The notes beneath the pieces were generated by a model. The model searched no databases. It saw nothing but the letters and a program-made list of their open reading frames with translations, and was not told where the DNA came from. The translations under genes and the position numbers were made by a program. A DNA stretch of 64,000 nt from NCBI RefSeq assembly GCF_900141935.1, contig NZ_FQYX01000022.1, positions 1-64,000 of the forward strand, read 5' to 3'. Each line of letters starts with the position of its first letter. Positions within the stretch are counted from its first letter, which is position 1. Shown piece by piece: positions 9,884 through 18,965 of this stretch. Origin of the DNA: Arenibacter nanhaiticus. GTDB lineage: Bacteria; Bacteroidota; Bacteroidia; Flavobacteriales; Flavobacteriaceae.

Positions 9884-9907
9884 CTTAGGGATTGCAGCGA
9901 TATCCTT
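9884..9907. repeat. Degenerate partial copy of the same repeat
   Basis: GCTTAGGGATTGCAGCGATATCC resembles the 5' end GCGTTAGGGATCGCAGCGGCATCC. Confidence 0.3.
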
Positions 9908-10078
9908 TTCTTTTTTTCTTTGGTGCCTTGTACTGATATTGGGGGAAAAGAAAAGATAAAGCGTAAAGCCCGACCCCGTTTTTCATTGACCATCTTGGAA
10001 AAGAAGGCCTTTTTAGGGTTGTTTTTCCGAAACAAGGGGAGAATGAAAAACGGGGGAAGCCCCAAGAAATAACTATTT

Positions 10079-11173
10079 ATGAGCAAAGTAAGACATAACT
10101 GGACGAAACAGGAAATCTTAGATATTTATAATAAGCCGTTTATGGAGTTGCTGTACGAGGCGGCGACCGTGCACAGGGAAAATCACGACCCTAATACAGT
10201 ACAGGTATCTACTTTATTATCCATAAAAACGGGTGGTTGTCCAGAAGATTGTGGGTATTGTCCGCAAGCGGCACGGTACCATACCGATGTGGAGGGCAAT
10301 GATCTAATGTCTGTTTCCCAGGTCAAAGCACAGGCTTTACGAGCAAAAGCTACAGGTAGCTCTAGGGTGTGTATGGGGGCAGCATGGAGAAACGTTAAGG
10401 ACGGTCCTGAGTTTGAAGAGGTCTTGGAAATGGTACGTACCATTAACAAACTAGACATGGAAGTGTGCTGTACCTTGGGGATGTTGACCGAAAATCAGGC
10501 CCACCGATTGGCCGAAGCCGGTTTATACGCTTATAACCACAACCTGGATACTTCCGAGGACTACTATAAAGATGTAATTTCTACCCGTGCTTTTAAAGAC
10601 CGTTTAGATACCATTGACAACGTTCGTAAGAGTAATGTTACCGTTTGTAGCGGTGGTATTATTGGAATGGGCGAGGCTTTGGAAGACCGTGCCGGAATGT
10701 TGGTGGCCTTGTCTACTTTGGATCCTCAGCCGGAATCTGTGCCTATTAACGCCTTGGTAGCCGTAGAAGGAACGCCAATGGCCGATTTGCCTCCGATCTC
10801 TATTTGGGATATGGTTAGAATGGTCGCTACGACCCGTATTATTATGCCAGAGACCCAGGTGCGTTTATCTGCCGGACGTACGCAAATGAGCAGGGAAGGA
10901 CAGGCAATGTGTTTCTTTGCAGGTGCCAACTCTATCTTTGCCGGCGATAAATTGCTGACCACTCCAAACCCGGATGTTAACGAGGATATGGAGATGTTTA
11001 AATTATTAGGACTAAACCCGCAAAAACCGTTTACCAAGGTATCGCAGCCTAAAACGGTAGAAGCTGCGGATTCTGAATATGCTCCTTTGGGCGAGAAGCC
11101 AAAATGGACCCGACCAGGGCATACCATAGACCGTAACGAGGCTGCCAAACAAAAGGCCAAAACAGCGGAATAA
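10079..11173 (+). CDS. bioB: Biotin synthase (radical SAM)
   Basis: CPEDCGYCPQ radical-SAM CxxxCxxC motif. 364 aa. Confidence 0.9.
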   Translation: MSKVRHNWTKQEILDIYNKPFMELLYEAATVHRENHDPNTVQVSTLLSIKTGGCPEDCGYCPQAARYHTDVEGNDLMSVSQVKAQALRAKATGSSRVCMGAAWRNVKDGPEFEEVLEMVRTINKLDMEVCCTLGMLTENQAHRLAEAGLYAYNHNLDTSEDYYKDVISTRAFKDRLDTIDNVRKSNVTVCSGGIIGMGEALEDRAGMLVALSTLDPQPESVPINALVAVEGTPMADLPPISIWDMVRMVATTRIIMPETQVRLSAGRTQMSREGQAMCFFAGANSIFAGDKLLTTPNPDVNEDMEMFKLLGLNPQKPFTKVSQPKTVEAADSEYAPLGEKPKWTRPGHTIDRNEAAKQKAKTAE

Positions 11174-11176
11174 TAT

Positions 11177-11215
11177 AAGAGCCTGTAAGGAAGTTTAAAA
11201 ATTTCCCTACAGGCT
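11177..11215 (+). terminator. Terminator after bioB
   Basis: Hairpin GCCTGTA...TACAGGC followed by TTTACTTTTCT. Confidence 0.45.
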
Positions 11216-11289
11216 TTACTTTTCTATAGCGTTATAGCTGCTTTTAACTTTTGGTTTTTTTACTTTAGGGAAAATTTAACCACATTACT

Positions 11290-12153
11290 TTGAATTTAGA
11301 GGATATTCCAAGAGTAGCAACCCTAACTAGGGAGGATTTTCTCAATAACTATTTCAAGCCACAGAAACCTGTGGTCATCGAAAAGTGTATTGGAGAATGG
11401 CCTGCCTATTCTAAATGGAACTTTGAGTATATACGTCAGATGGCCGGCGATAAAATGGTGCCGCTGTATGACGATAGGCCCGTACACCATAAGGACGGAT
11501 TTAATGAGCCCCATGCTCGGATGAAGATGTCCGATTACTTGGACCTGCTACAGCGCGAACCGACAAAATACCGAATTTTTCTTTGGAACATCCTTAAAGA
11601 GGTGCCAGAGCTACAGCAAGACTACCGCTATCCCGATTTTGGGTTGCGGCTGATGAAAACCTTGCCCATGCTATTCTTTGGCGGTGCCAATTCGCATACC
11701 TTTATGCATTACGATATTGATTTGGCCAATATTTTCCATTTTCATTTTGAAGGAAAAAAGGAAGTGATATTGTTTTCCCAATCCGAAAATAAGTACCTGT
11801 ATAAGGTGCCACATTCTTTAATAACCCATGAGAGCATAGATTTCTCCAATCCAGATTATGGGCAATGGCCGGCCTTAAAAAAGGCTTCTGGCTATAAAAC
11901 GCAATTGTCGCATGGAGAGGTACTGTATATGCCAGAAGGGTACTGGCATTATATGAAATATATAACCCCTGGTTTTTCTATGAGTTTACGGGCTATTGCC
12001 CGTAATCCTGGAAATTTGGGACAGGCATTTTACAATGTACTTGTTATGCGGTATTATGATAATATGATGCGGAAGTTAAAAGGGCAGCAGTGGATAGACT
12101 GGAAAAACAAACAGGCCGTAGAAAGAACAAATAAACAGTTGTACGATTTGTAA
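11290..12153 (+). CDS. Cupin-like / JmjC-domain protein, a putative Fe(II)/2OG-dependent hydroxylase
   Basis: WPAYSKWNFEY motif, an HYD(HxD)-type motif and a downstream His. TTG start. Confidence 0.55.
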   Translation: MNLEDIPRVATLTREDFLNNYFKPQKPVVIEKCIGEWPAYSKWNFEYIRQMAGDKMVPLYDDRPVHHKDGFNEPHARMKMSDYLDLLQREPTKYRIFLWNILKEVPELQQDYRYPDFGLRLMKTLPMLFFGGANSHTFMHYDIDLANIFHFHFEGKKEVILFSQSENKYLYKVPHSLITHESIDFSNPDYGQWPALKKASGYKTQLSHGEVLYMPEGYWHYMKYITPGFSMSLRAIARNPGNLGQAFYNVLVMRYYDNMMRKLKGQQWIDWKNKQAVERTNKQLYDL

Positions 12154-12247
12154 TTTGCGGTGCTATAGATAATTTGTAAATTCATAAATAAACTAGCTTG
12201 CTCGGAAGTTTATTATTAAATGTATTGTTTAATTAAAACGACAACAA

Positions 12248-12745
12248 ATGAAAAAAGGATTATTAGTAGCATGTTTGCTTTTAAGTATAGGATTTGTAAG
12301 TGCACAGGCCTACCAAGGAAAGGGAGATAGTAAGTTTCAGATAGGAGCCAACTTCCAGACCAATGGAACTGGAATAGTAACTACCTACGATTTTGGGATG
12401 GGCGAAAACTTTTCTATGGGACTTCAGGGGTCGTATATTTTAGGGGTCGAAAAAACTATTGGTGCCGATTTTGGTGACCGTATAGATCTTAAGGCACGTT
12501 TTAATGCCAATTTAGGAAGTGTTATGAATTTAGGGGAAATGGTAGATGTGTATCCTGGATTGGACCTAGGACTGAGAAATTTCGGTGGCCATGTAGGGAT
12601 GAGATATTTTTTCAGCGATGGTTTTGGAATATTTAGTGAATTGGGCTTTCCTTTGGCAAAATATAAAACTGAAAATTTGACGCCAGCTGAAGAGCTAAAC
12701 AACCAAGTAGTATTTAGTATAGGAGCTTCTTTTAATCTTAATTAA
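12248..12745 (+). CDS. Small outer-membrane beta-barrel protein
   Basis: Signal peptide ending SAQA. Alternating amphipathic strands. C-terminal aromatic residue. Confidence 0.45.
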   Translation: MKKGLLVACLLLSIGFVSAQAYQGKGDSKFQIGANFQTNGTGIVTTYDFGMGENFSMGLQGSYILGVEKTIGADFGDRIDLKARFNANLGSVMNLGEMVDVYPGLDLGLRNFGGHVGMRYFFSDGFGIFSELGFPLAKYKTENLTPAEELNNQVVFSIGASFNLN

Positions 12746-12974
12746 GGAGCTTTTGAAGGTTTGACCCCCAGGGCAAAGCCTAGACGGTTACAATAAAAGA
12801 AGCATTGCCTAAAACTCCCTATAATATAAGGTCATGGGTTTAGGCAATGCTTTATTTATAGGTGGTTTTGTGGTGTGTCGGGGGCTAGGTGCCTACAGAC
12901 GACTTTTGCGAGTATAGAGCACTATTGGGTATGGCAATATTTTGGTTGGACAGTCTTTTTGTAGTGTCCTTGTC

Positions 12975-13100
12975 CGATACCATTTTATTTTTTAGGGACT
13001 GGTTCAAATACTTTTTCATACACCAAACTACTCTCCCAGCCTTGGTACAGTAGGGAATCGGCCAGGTTTTTACGGCATTCTTGTATGTCTTTTTCCTTTA
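12975..13100 (-). pseudogene. Remnant duplicate of the recX 3' end (about 40 codons)
   Basis: About 80% nt identity to 13768-13895. It translates to LEIKEKDIQECRKNLADSLLYQGWESSLVYEKVFEPVPKK*, against RecX ...AEIREKDLQKCRKKLADYLLYRGWESSLVYEKIFELIPRS*. Confidence 0.55.
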
Positions 13101-13619
13101 TTTCCAGGAATCTATTAGTTTTTCGATACCAATACTGCCGTCGGAGACATAAATATTGTCCCAATAAAGGGTGTCGTTTTTCTTTATAAATACTTTATAG
13201 TAGCCAACCTTAAGCCTTTCTAGAGGGAGTGCTATCTCGGTGGCATTTTGGTCTGGAAACCTTAGCTCGGATCGCGAATCGATTTCATTTTCAGTATAGA
13301 TATCCGAAGTCAGTATTTCGCTAAAGCCTATTTCTTGGAAAGATTTTTTGGCCATACTCGGTATGATCCAAACATTGGATATTTTACTAGTAGCAGAAAT
13401 GTACAAGGTTCCTATTGGTGGATTGGGAAAAGCGATGAAATTATCTTTGTTGTTACTATTTGGATTACCCAATAGTATGGGTGCTGAGTTTCTAGAGCTT
13501 CTAATATGCATGCCGGTTACTATATCAATGCTGGTTGGGTCACCTAGGATGTTTTCCTGTGTGTCCTTGTCACAGCCCAGCGTGCATAATGAAATAAGGC
13601 TTATAACAAGTTTCTTCAT
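13098..13619 (-). CDS. Small lipoprotein consisting almost entirely of a T9SS (Por) C-terminal sorting domain
   Basis: Signal peptide with lipobox LGC. FPNPPIGTLYI...GYYKVFIKKNDTLYWDNIYV matches the T9SS CTD pattern. Only about 40 residues of passenger sequence. Confidence 0.45.
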   Translation of the reverse strand: MKKLVISLISLCTLGCDKDTQENILGDPTSIDIVTGMHIRSSRNSAPILLGNPNSNNKDNFIAFPNPPIGTLYISATSKISNVWIIPSMAKKSFQEIGFSEILTSDIYTENEIDSRSELRFPDQNATEIALPLERLKVGYYKVFIKKNDTLYWDNIYVSDGSIGIEKLIDSWK

Positions 13620-13767
13620 ATGCTGTGTAGTGTAAGGTTGGTCTTTTTTTTAATGTAGAGGTCCTAATTTAGTCGAATTTTTGGACTTCTATTTCTTTTT
13701 GGTGGGGATTGCCATTACCTAAATGGGGTCTAATTATGTTTAAATTTAAATAAGGTCCGTAAGAGGC

Positions 13768-14250
13768 TTAGGAACGAGGAATTAGCTCAAATATCTTTTC
13801 ATACACCAAACTGCTTTCCCAACCTCGGTATAATAAGTAATCGGCTAGTTTTTTTCGGCATTTTTGTAGGTCCTTTTCCCTTATTTCTGCCAATCGTTTT
13901 TTTGCAAGGGTATCTAAAGTAGTATGATAGGCTTCGGGCGTTATTTCTTCCAAGGCAGCTTTAATAGTAAACTTGGAAATATCACGTTGTTTTAGCTCGT
14001 TGACAATTCTGTTCTTGCCCCATTTCTTAATGTTGAATTTCCCTCTGGCAAAACTCCGTGCAAAACGTTCTTCGTTGAGGTAGTTTTCTTGGATTAAAAA
14101 TCCTATGACATGGTCTATGGCCTCTGGGATCATTCCCATTTTCCGGAGTTTTTCTTGTACTTCCTTATGACAACGGTCCTGATAGGCACAGTAGCTTTCG
14201 AGTTTTTTAGTGGCTTCGCTTAGGGTATATGTTTTTTTAGGTGCTATCAT
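13768..14250 (-). CDS. recX: Recombination regulator RecX
   Basis: RecX three-helix repeats, including YLNEERFARSFARGK. Confidence 0.75.
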   Translation of the reverse strand: MIAPKKTYTLSEATKKLESYCAYQDRCHKEVQEKLRKMGMIPEAIDHVIGFLIQENYLNEERFARSFARGKFNIKKWGKNRIVNELKQRDISKFTIKAALEEITPEAYHTTLDTLAKKRLAEIREKDLQKCRKKLADYLLYRGWESSLVYEKIFELIPRS

Positions 14251-14519
14251 GCTATGGAGGTTGGCCTTTGGGCAAAATTATCATTTTCAATCTCAATACC
14301 GAACTCTTTTTCCTTAAACCTATGCCTTAGGGAGCTGTTTTGTCTTAAAAAAAATTGGGCGAAGGTTTAACTCAATTTATTTTATAAATAAACATGGAAC
14401 AGGCCTGATGGGAATGTTAAATAGTGGTATTAAGTTCTACATTTTGGAATGGGTAACTTTTCATTTTATAATATTCATTATATTCACGCCTGCAAATAAT
14501 TAAAATTATGGTTTATATA

Positions 14520-15476
14520 ATGAAAAGGACTTCTAAATTATTTTTAGCCGGATTGGGATTGGTTTTGGCCTCATTTTCCACAACCGCTTACGGACAGGAA
14601 ACAAAGCAGTTGGAGGGAAGATGGAATATGGTCATTTCCAAAGACGGTAAAGAGCTTCCTTCGTGGTTAGAAGTGCGGCATTCTGGTTCCCACACCCTAG
14701 TGGGGCGTTTCGTATATGCCATGGGTAGTGCTAGGCCTATTTCGGAAATAAAACTAGTGGGCGACAAATTTAGGTTTGCCATTCCTCCACAATGGGAAGA
14801 GGGAAATTCCGATTTGGTGTTTGAAGGTACGATGGATGGCGAGGCACTTGAAGGAACTATGTTGTACACAGATGGTAATACCTATGACTGGGTAGCCAAG
14901 CGTGCTCCAATACTTAAGTATACGGACAAGGTTGTTTGGGACAAACCTATAAAATTATTCAACGGGAAAGATCTAAACGGATGGAAGGCCATGGGGGAAA
15001 ACCAATGGGTTGTTGAGAATGGCATCTTGAAAAGTCCACATCCGGGAGCTAATTTGATGTCTGAGGAGAAGTTCACCGATTTTAAATTACATGTAGAATT
15101 CCGTTACCCAGAAGGCAGTAACAGTGGTATTTACCTTCGTGGGCGATATGAGGTACAGATTATAGATAGTAAGGGGTCTGAGCCTTCTGATATCCTTTTT
15201 GGAGGGGTTTATGGATTTTTAGAGCCTAATGAAATGGCTGCTAAAAGTGCCGGAGAATGGCAGACCTATGATATTACCCTGATAGGGAGAAGGGTGACAA
15301 TAGTTGCCAATGGTAAAACAATTATCAATGACCAAGTGATTCCAGGGATAACAGGTGGCGCTTTAGATAACGACGAGGCCGAAGCTGGTCCGTTTTTAAT
15401 TCAAGGAGACCACGGTCCGGTCGAATTTAGAAATATAGTGGTTACACCAATTAAGAAAAGTAGCCAAGCTAAGTAA
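14520..15476 (+). CDS. Secreted DUF1080 (3-keto-disaccharide hydrolase-like) domain protein
   Basis: Signal peptide. NLMSEEKFTDFKLHVEFRYPEGSNSGIYLRGRYEVQI is typical of PF06439. Confidence 0.7.
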   Translation: MKRTSKLFLAGLGLVLASFSTTAYGQETKQLEGRWNMVISKDGKELPSWLEVRHSGSHTLVGRFVYAMGSARPISEIKLVGDKFRFAIPPQWEEGNSDLVFEGTMDGEALEGTMLYTDGNTYDWVAKRAPILKYTDKVVWDKPIKLFNGKDLNGWKAMGENQWVVENGILKSPHPGANLMSEEKFTDFKLHVEFRYPEGSNSGIYLRGRYEVQIIDSKGSEPSDILFGGVYGFLEPNEMAAKSAGEWQTYDITLIGRRVTIVANGKTIINDQVIPGITGGALDNDEAEAGPFLIQGDHGPVEFRNIVVTPIKKSSQAK

Positions 15477-15505
15477 AAAGTAGGCTTCGTACAGCTTGTG
15501 AATAA

Positions 15506-15543
15506 AATGGATCTAGCACTTTGGCACTAGATCCATTTTTTTA
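15506..15543 (+). terminator. Rho-independent terminator
   Basis: GGATCTAG...CTAGATCC hairpin followed by a T6 run. Confidence 0.5.
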
Positions 15544-15624
15544 TTGCCATAAAAAAAGACTGCCCTTACGAACAGTCTCCTGCTAACAAAATAACCAAAT
15601 AGAATAAGTAGGTATATAAGAAAT

Positions 15625-15924
15625 TTAGGATTCAATCCAGTTGCCCTTGGAGTCGGCATACAATTCCAATTCACTGCCGTTTTCCAAGCTTACTTCTAAT
15701 TTGTACCCTTCGGCATCATCTAGATAGGCTTTTTCGATAATGGCTCCCGGATAATCTTTTTCCAAGGCCTTGATGATTGTATTGGGTACCGATTTTATTT
15801 TTATTTCAGTATAGTCCATTCCGAATATTGCTTCCATAATTCCGTCGTGAAAAATAGGAGGGGCAGCAGTTACGTTGTGTAAACTTCCTATGGCCATTGC
15901 TGTTGCGAATACTAAACTTTTCAT
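15625..15924 (-). CDS. Small secreted PepSY-like protein, a paralog of 44899-45198 and 45685-45987
   Basis: 99 aa. Signal peptide. Shared C-terminus ...ADSKGNWIES. Confidence 0.5.
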   Translation of the reverse strand: MKSLVFATAMAIGSLHNVTAAPPIFHDGIMEAIFGMDYTEIKIKSVPNTIIKALEKDYPGAIIEKAYLDDAEGYKLEVSLENGSELELYADSKGNWIES

Positions 15925-16085
15925 ATGTATATTTTTTTTTGAGGGTGCTTATATTATTTCTATGGAATAGAGAAAGAATTGTGCCAATTATGAAAAGAGT
16001 AGTAGTATTGTTGTAAAGCCCAAGATACAAGGTGTTTATAGGAATTTGCTTGTTTTTAGCTACTGTGTTAAAGTGTATACCAAAA

Positions 16086-16120
16086 GAAAAAGGTGTGTAA
16101 TTATTACACACCTTTTTGTT
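16086..16120. terminator. Bidirectional terminator (perfect palindrome)
   Basis: AAAAAGGTGTGTAAT / ATTACACACCTTTTT. Confidence 0.6.
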
Positions 16121-16147
16121 TCGTTTACCAATAGGTATGGTCTTGGA

Positions 16148-18247
16148 CTATTGCACCTGATGGGCTGGTTTTAATAAGTCGTTGACCGTTTTAACAGGAT
16201 TGAAGGTAATTAAGGGCACTTCTACAAAGATCGTATTCCAAAAGGCCATGGCGCCATTCCACAAACCAGGTAATTCCATGGCTTGCAATTCTTTGCCTTC
16301 TTGCGTTTTTTGGGTGATAAATCCTTGTTTACTATCCACAAAATCTAGTAAATTATATTTTTCGCCTTTGTAGTTCCGCACGCCACAAACTAGATCTACC
16401 GGGTTAAAATGGGTCGCATTTTTCATGATATCCAATTGTTGTGGGTTGTTGGCATCTACTTGTGCCGATTCTATGATCTGCAGGGATATTTGGTCTTGTT
16501 GGTCTTTTATCCAAAAAGGTCCGCCTCCCGGTTCTCCTTCGTTTTTAACCATTCCGCATACACGGATAGGTTTATTGATTTTTTCCTTTAAAAGTTGGGT
16601 TTGTGCTGCTGGGGCCAACTCATTGTAAGTATCTGGAAAACGTACGTTTAGTTCTTTTTCCAAAAACGCTTTTATTTTGGACAGGGTATCTTCGCTAAGT
16701 TGGCCCTTGTCTAAAGTTTCGGCGTATTTAAAGGCTTTGGATTGTAATTCCATGAGGAAACCTGCCAATATTTTTTTAGATTTTTCTACTTCTTTCAAAA
16801 ACCTAGGGACGACTACATTATCGATGTTTTTGATAAAAATGATATCGGCATCTTGTTCGTTTAAATTTTCGATGAGGGCGCCATGACCTGCTGGTCTAAA
16901 TAAAAGAGAGCCATCCGAATTACGGAAAGGGCTGTTGTCCATATTCACGGCGATGGTATCCGTAGACGGTTTTTGAAACGAATAGGATACGGAAAAGGTG
17001 GTGCCAGTATCTGCGGACACCCTTTCCCCTGCCGTCTTAAACTCTTCTTTGAACATTTCGGCATGCTGTTCGGAGATGGTAAAATGTAGCTTGGCCGTGT
17101 TGTTTGCTTTGGCATAGGCATCTGCCTCTTTTAGGTGTTCCTCAAAAGGCGTTTCGGTATGGTCGGCATACTTGTGAAAAGGCAAAAGACCTTTTGGGTA
17201 AAAGCCAAAATTTAATCCCTCGGACAATAGCATTTCCTTTACAAAAAGATGTTTTTCCTCATCGGGCGTCGCTGCCTTTCCTGCTATTCGATCTTGGATG
17301 AGGGTATAGAGGCCAAATTTCTCGTAGCCTTCGAAAAAGCGCTTGGCATCTTTATCGTTTGTTCTTAGCAAATAGGCATCAAATGTTTCGTTTTTAGGAT
17401 CGTAAGCATCCAAAAAGTTAAACATAGCCTTAAACATCCGGGAAGCAGCTCCGGAGGCCGGTACAAATTTTAATAGGGATAGATTCTCTATGGCCAATTC
17501 AAATTGGTGCAGGTAATTTTCTTCTTCGGAAGGCGAAAATTTAGAAATACCATCTCCTACTACGGCGGCTTTCTCTAGTTTAACAAAAGGAATACCTTCC
17601 TTAAAAGTAGCAATCTGGTCCAAGACCTTGTTCTCTGAGATACCTTTATTTTTTAATTGTAACTGATCGTCTTTAGAAAATTTCATACTGCTCAATAATT
17701 GGTTAATATGTGACACAGCCTTTGCTAGTCGGGTTTTTTTATCTCCCGACAATATAATAAAATTCCTACTATGTTTTTCTAAAGTTTCCTTGAAAAGTAA
17801 AAACATTTGCTCTCTATCATTGGGTTTGTCCCTTAAATCGTCTTTTTCCCAAGGAATATCGATATCTGTTAAGAAATATATATCGTAAGTGTTTTCTAGG
17901 GCATGTTTTTCCAGCACTGGATCGCAATAACCCAGATAGTAGGCTTCGGAATACACTTTGGTTTCCAAGAGGTCGGTATCGCAGATGAGTACATCGGAAG
18001 CTTTTTTTGCCAAGGAGTTTTCTAGCCTCATTTGCCCTTCGGCAATAGGGAGTAAGTCTTTGGGTTCGCATGCCTTGCGTTCATCGTTCCATTTGTTTTG
18101 TAAATACTCGCGAGCATATTCCGGTACCCAAACGGAGTTATAGTACTTTGCCAATTGTCTGGATAAGGTTGTTTTACCAGTTGATTCGGGTCCGAATAAA
18201 ACTACTTTTATGAGGTCTGTTGGGTCTTGTTGATATCTTTTTTCCAT
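16148..18247 (-). CDS. Fusion protein: a NadR-type ribosylnicotinamide-kinase-like P-loop ATPase (AAA_28) joined to a DUF4301 domain
   Basis: Walker A GPESTGKTT plus a NadR kinase-like block of about 170 aa. A DUF4301-like region of about 500 aa (FVPASGAASRMF) follows. The likely start is the ATG at 18247 (MEKRYQQ). The 749-aa track ORF extends into pnuC. Confidence 0.6.
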   Translation of the reverse strand: MEKRYQQDPTDLIKVVLFGPESTGKTTLSRQLAKYYNSVWVPEYAREYLQNKWNDERKACEPKDLLPIAEGQMRLENSLAKKASDVLICDTDLLETKVYSEAYYLGYCDPVLEKHALENTYDIYFLTDIDIPWEKDDLRDKPNDREQMFLLFKETLEKHSRNFIILSGDKKTRLAKAVSHINQLLSSMKFSKDDQLQLKNKGISENKVLDQIATFKEGIPFVKLEKAAVVGDGISKFSPSEEENYLHQFELAIENLSLLKFVPASGAASRMFKAMFNFLDAYDPKNETFDAYLLRTNDKDAKRFFEGYEKFGLYTLIQDRIAGKAATPDEEKHLFVKEMLLSEGLNFGFYPKGLLPFHKYADHTETPFEEHLKEADAYAKANNTAKLHFTISEQHAEMFKEEFKTAGERVSADTGTTFSVSYSFQKPSTDTIAVNMDNSPFRNSDGSLLFRPAGHGALIENLNEQDADIIFIKNIDNVVVPRFLKEVEKSKKILAGFLMELQSKAFKYAETLDKGQLSEDTLSKIKAFLEKELNVRFPDTYNELAPAAQTQLLKEKINKPIRVCGMVKNEGEPGGGPFWIKDQQDQISLQIIESAQVDANNPQQLDIMKNATHFNPVDLVCGVRNYKGEKYNLLDFVDSKQGFITQKTQEGKELQAMELPGLWNGAMAFWNTIFVEVPLITFNPVKTVNDLLKPAHQVQ

Positions 18248-18846
18248 GAATAATAACCTTGAACGGCCAATACGGTAAATATAAGGTATTGCAAGGAAAG
18301 TATCCCAAGCCCACGATAGGCGTACAAGGGTACCGTAATAATATCGGCAATAATCCAAAGGGTCCAATTCTCCAGTTTTTTTTTGGCCATATACCACATG
18401 GCAGTAAAGAACAGGCCAGAAGTGAAAATATCAATGTAGTTGACGGTTTCTATTCCGTGGTCAAAACCTATATAGACGGCATAAGTGATTATAACCGTAA
18501 GCAAAAATAGCAGTATCCCTATTAATTTTTCTTTGGTAGTGGTCCTCGTAATGGGGAGGACTGTCTTATCGCCTTTTTTTCTGCTCCAGTAATACCAGCC
18601 ATAAATACTCATTATAGAATAATAAAAGTTTAGGGTCATATCGCCAAAGTACCCTGCTTTATAAAGGAGATATACTGAGATTGCCGTAGCCACCAAACCT
18701 GTTGGGAATACGAGAATGTTTTTTTTCTTGGCATAGATAACGCTGGCAATACCAAAAAAGAAGACTAAGAATTCTAGAAAGATGTCATAAAGAGAAGTAG
18801 TGCTATAGGGGCCTAAAAAAAAATCTATAATGGATTCCATAAACAC
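18208..18846 (-). CDS. pnuC: Nicotinamide riboside transporter PnuC
   Basis: Membrane protein of about 210 aa with PnuC-like helices and a W/Y-rich signature. Upstream of the NadR-like kinase gene. Confidence 0.75.
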   Translation of the reverse strand: MFMESIIDFFLGPYSTTSLYDIFLEFLVFFFGIASVIYAKKKNILVFPTGLVATAISVYLLYKAGYFGDMTLNFYYSIMSIYGWYYWSRKKGDKTVLPITRTTTKEKLIGILLFLLTVIITYAVYIGFDHGIETVNYIDIFTSGLFFTAMWYMAKKKLENWTLWIIADIITVPLYAYRGLGILSLQYLIFTVLAVQGYYSWKKDINKTQQTS

Positions 18847-18965
18847 TTCTATAGGATTTTGCGATCTTCGGCCATAAGCGGTCGTATCAGTTTCGAAGGC
18901 CGAAGGTGAGTTTCGGTGTTGCTCACAAAACTTATAAAGGAGCAGGGGAGTGCCTTCCGAAAAAA

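Noticed and set aside
9856-10086. 76-aa minus-strand ORF upstream of bioB
   Set aside because: Its low-complexity Lys/Phe-rich product comes from an AT-rich promoter region containing a degenerate repeat copy. It is likely not a gene.
12750-12860. Long-range inverted repeat AGCATTGCCTAAA...TTTAGGCAATGCT after the OMP gene
   Set aside because: It could be a terminator or an RNA element. The roughly 35-nt loop and weak U-tract make the call unreliable, so I did not list it as a feature.
16148-18397. The 749-aa track ORF extends into pnuC
   Set aside because: The first 50 codons overlap the pnuC coding region in another frame and have no ATPase similarity. The conserved ATPase domain begins right after the internal ATG at 18247 (MEKRYQQ). 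I call the start at 18247.
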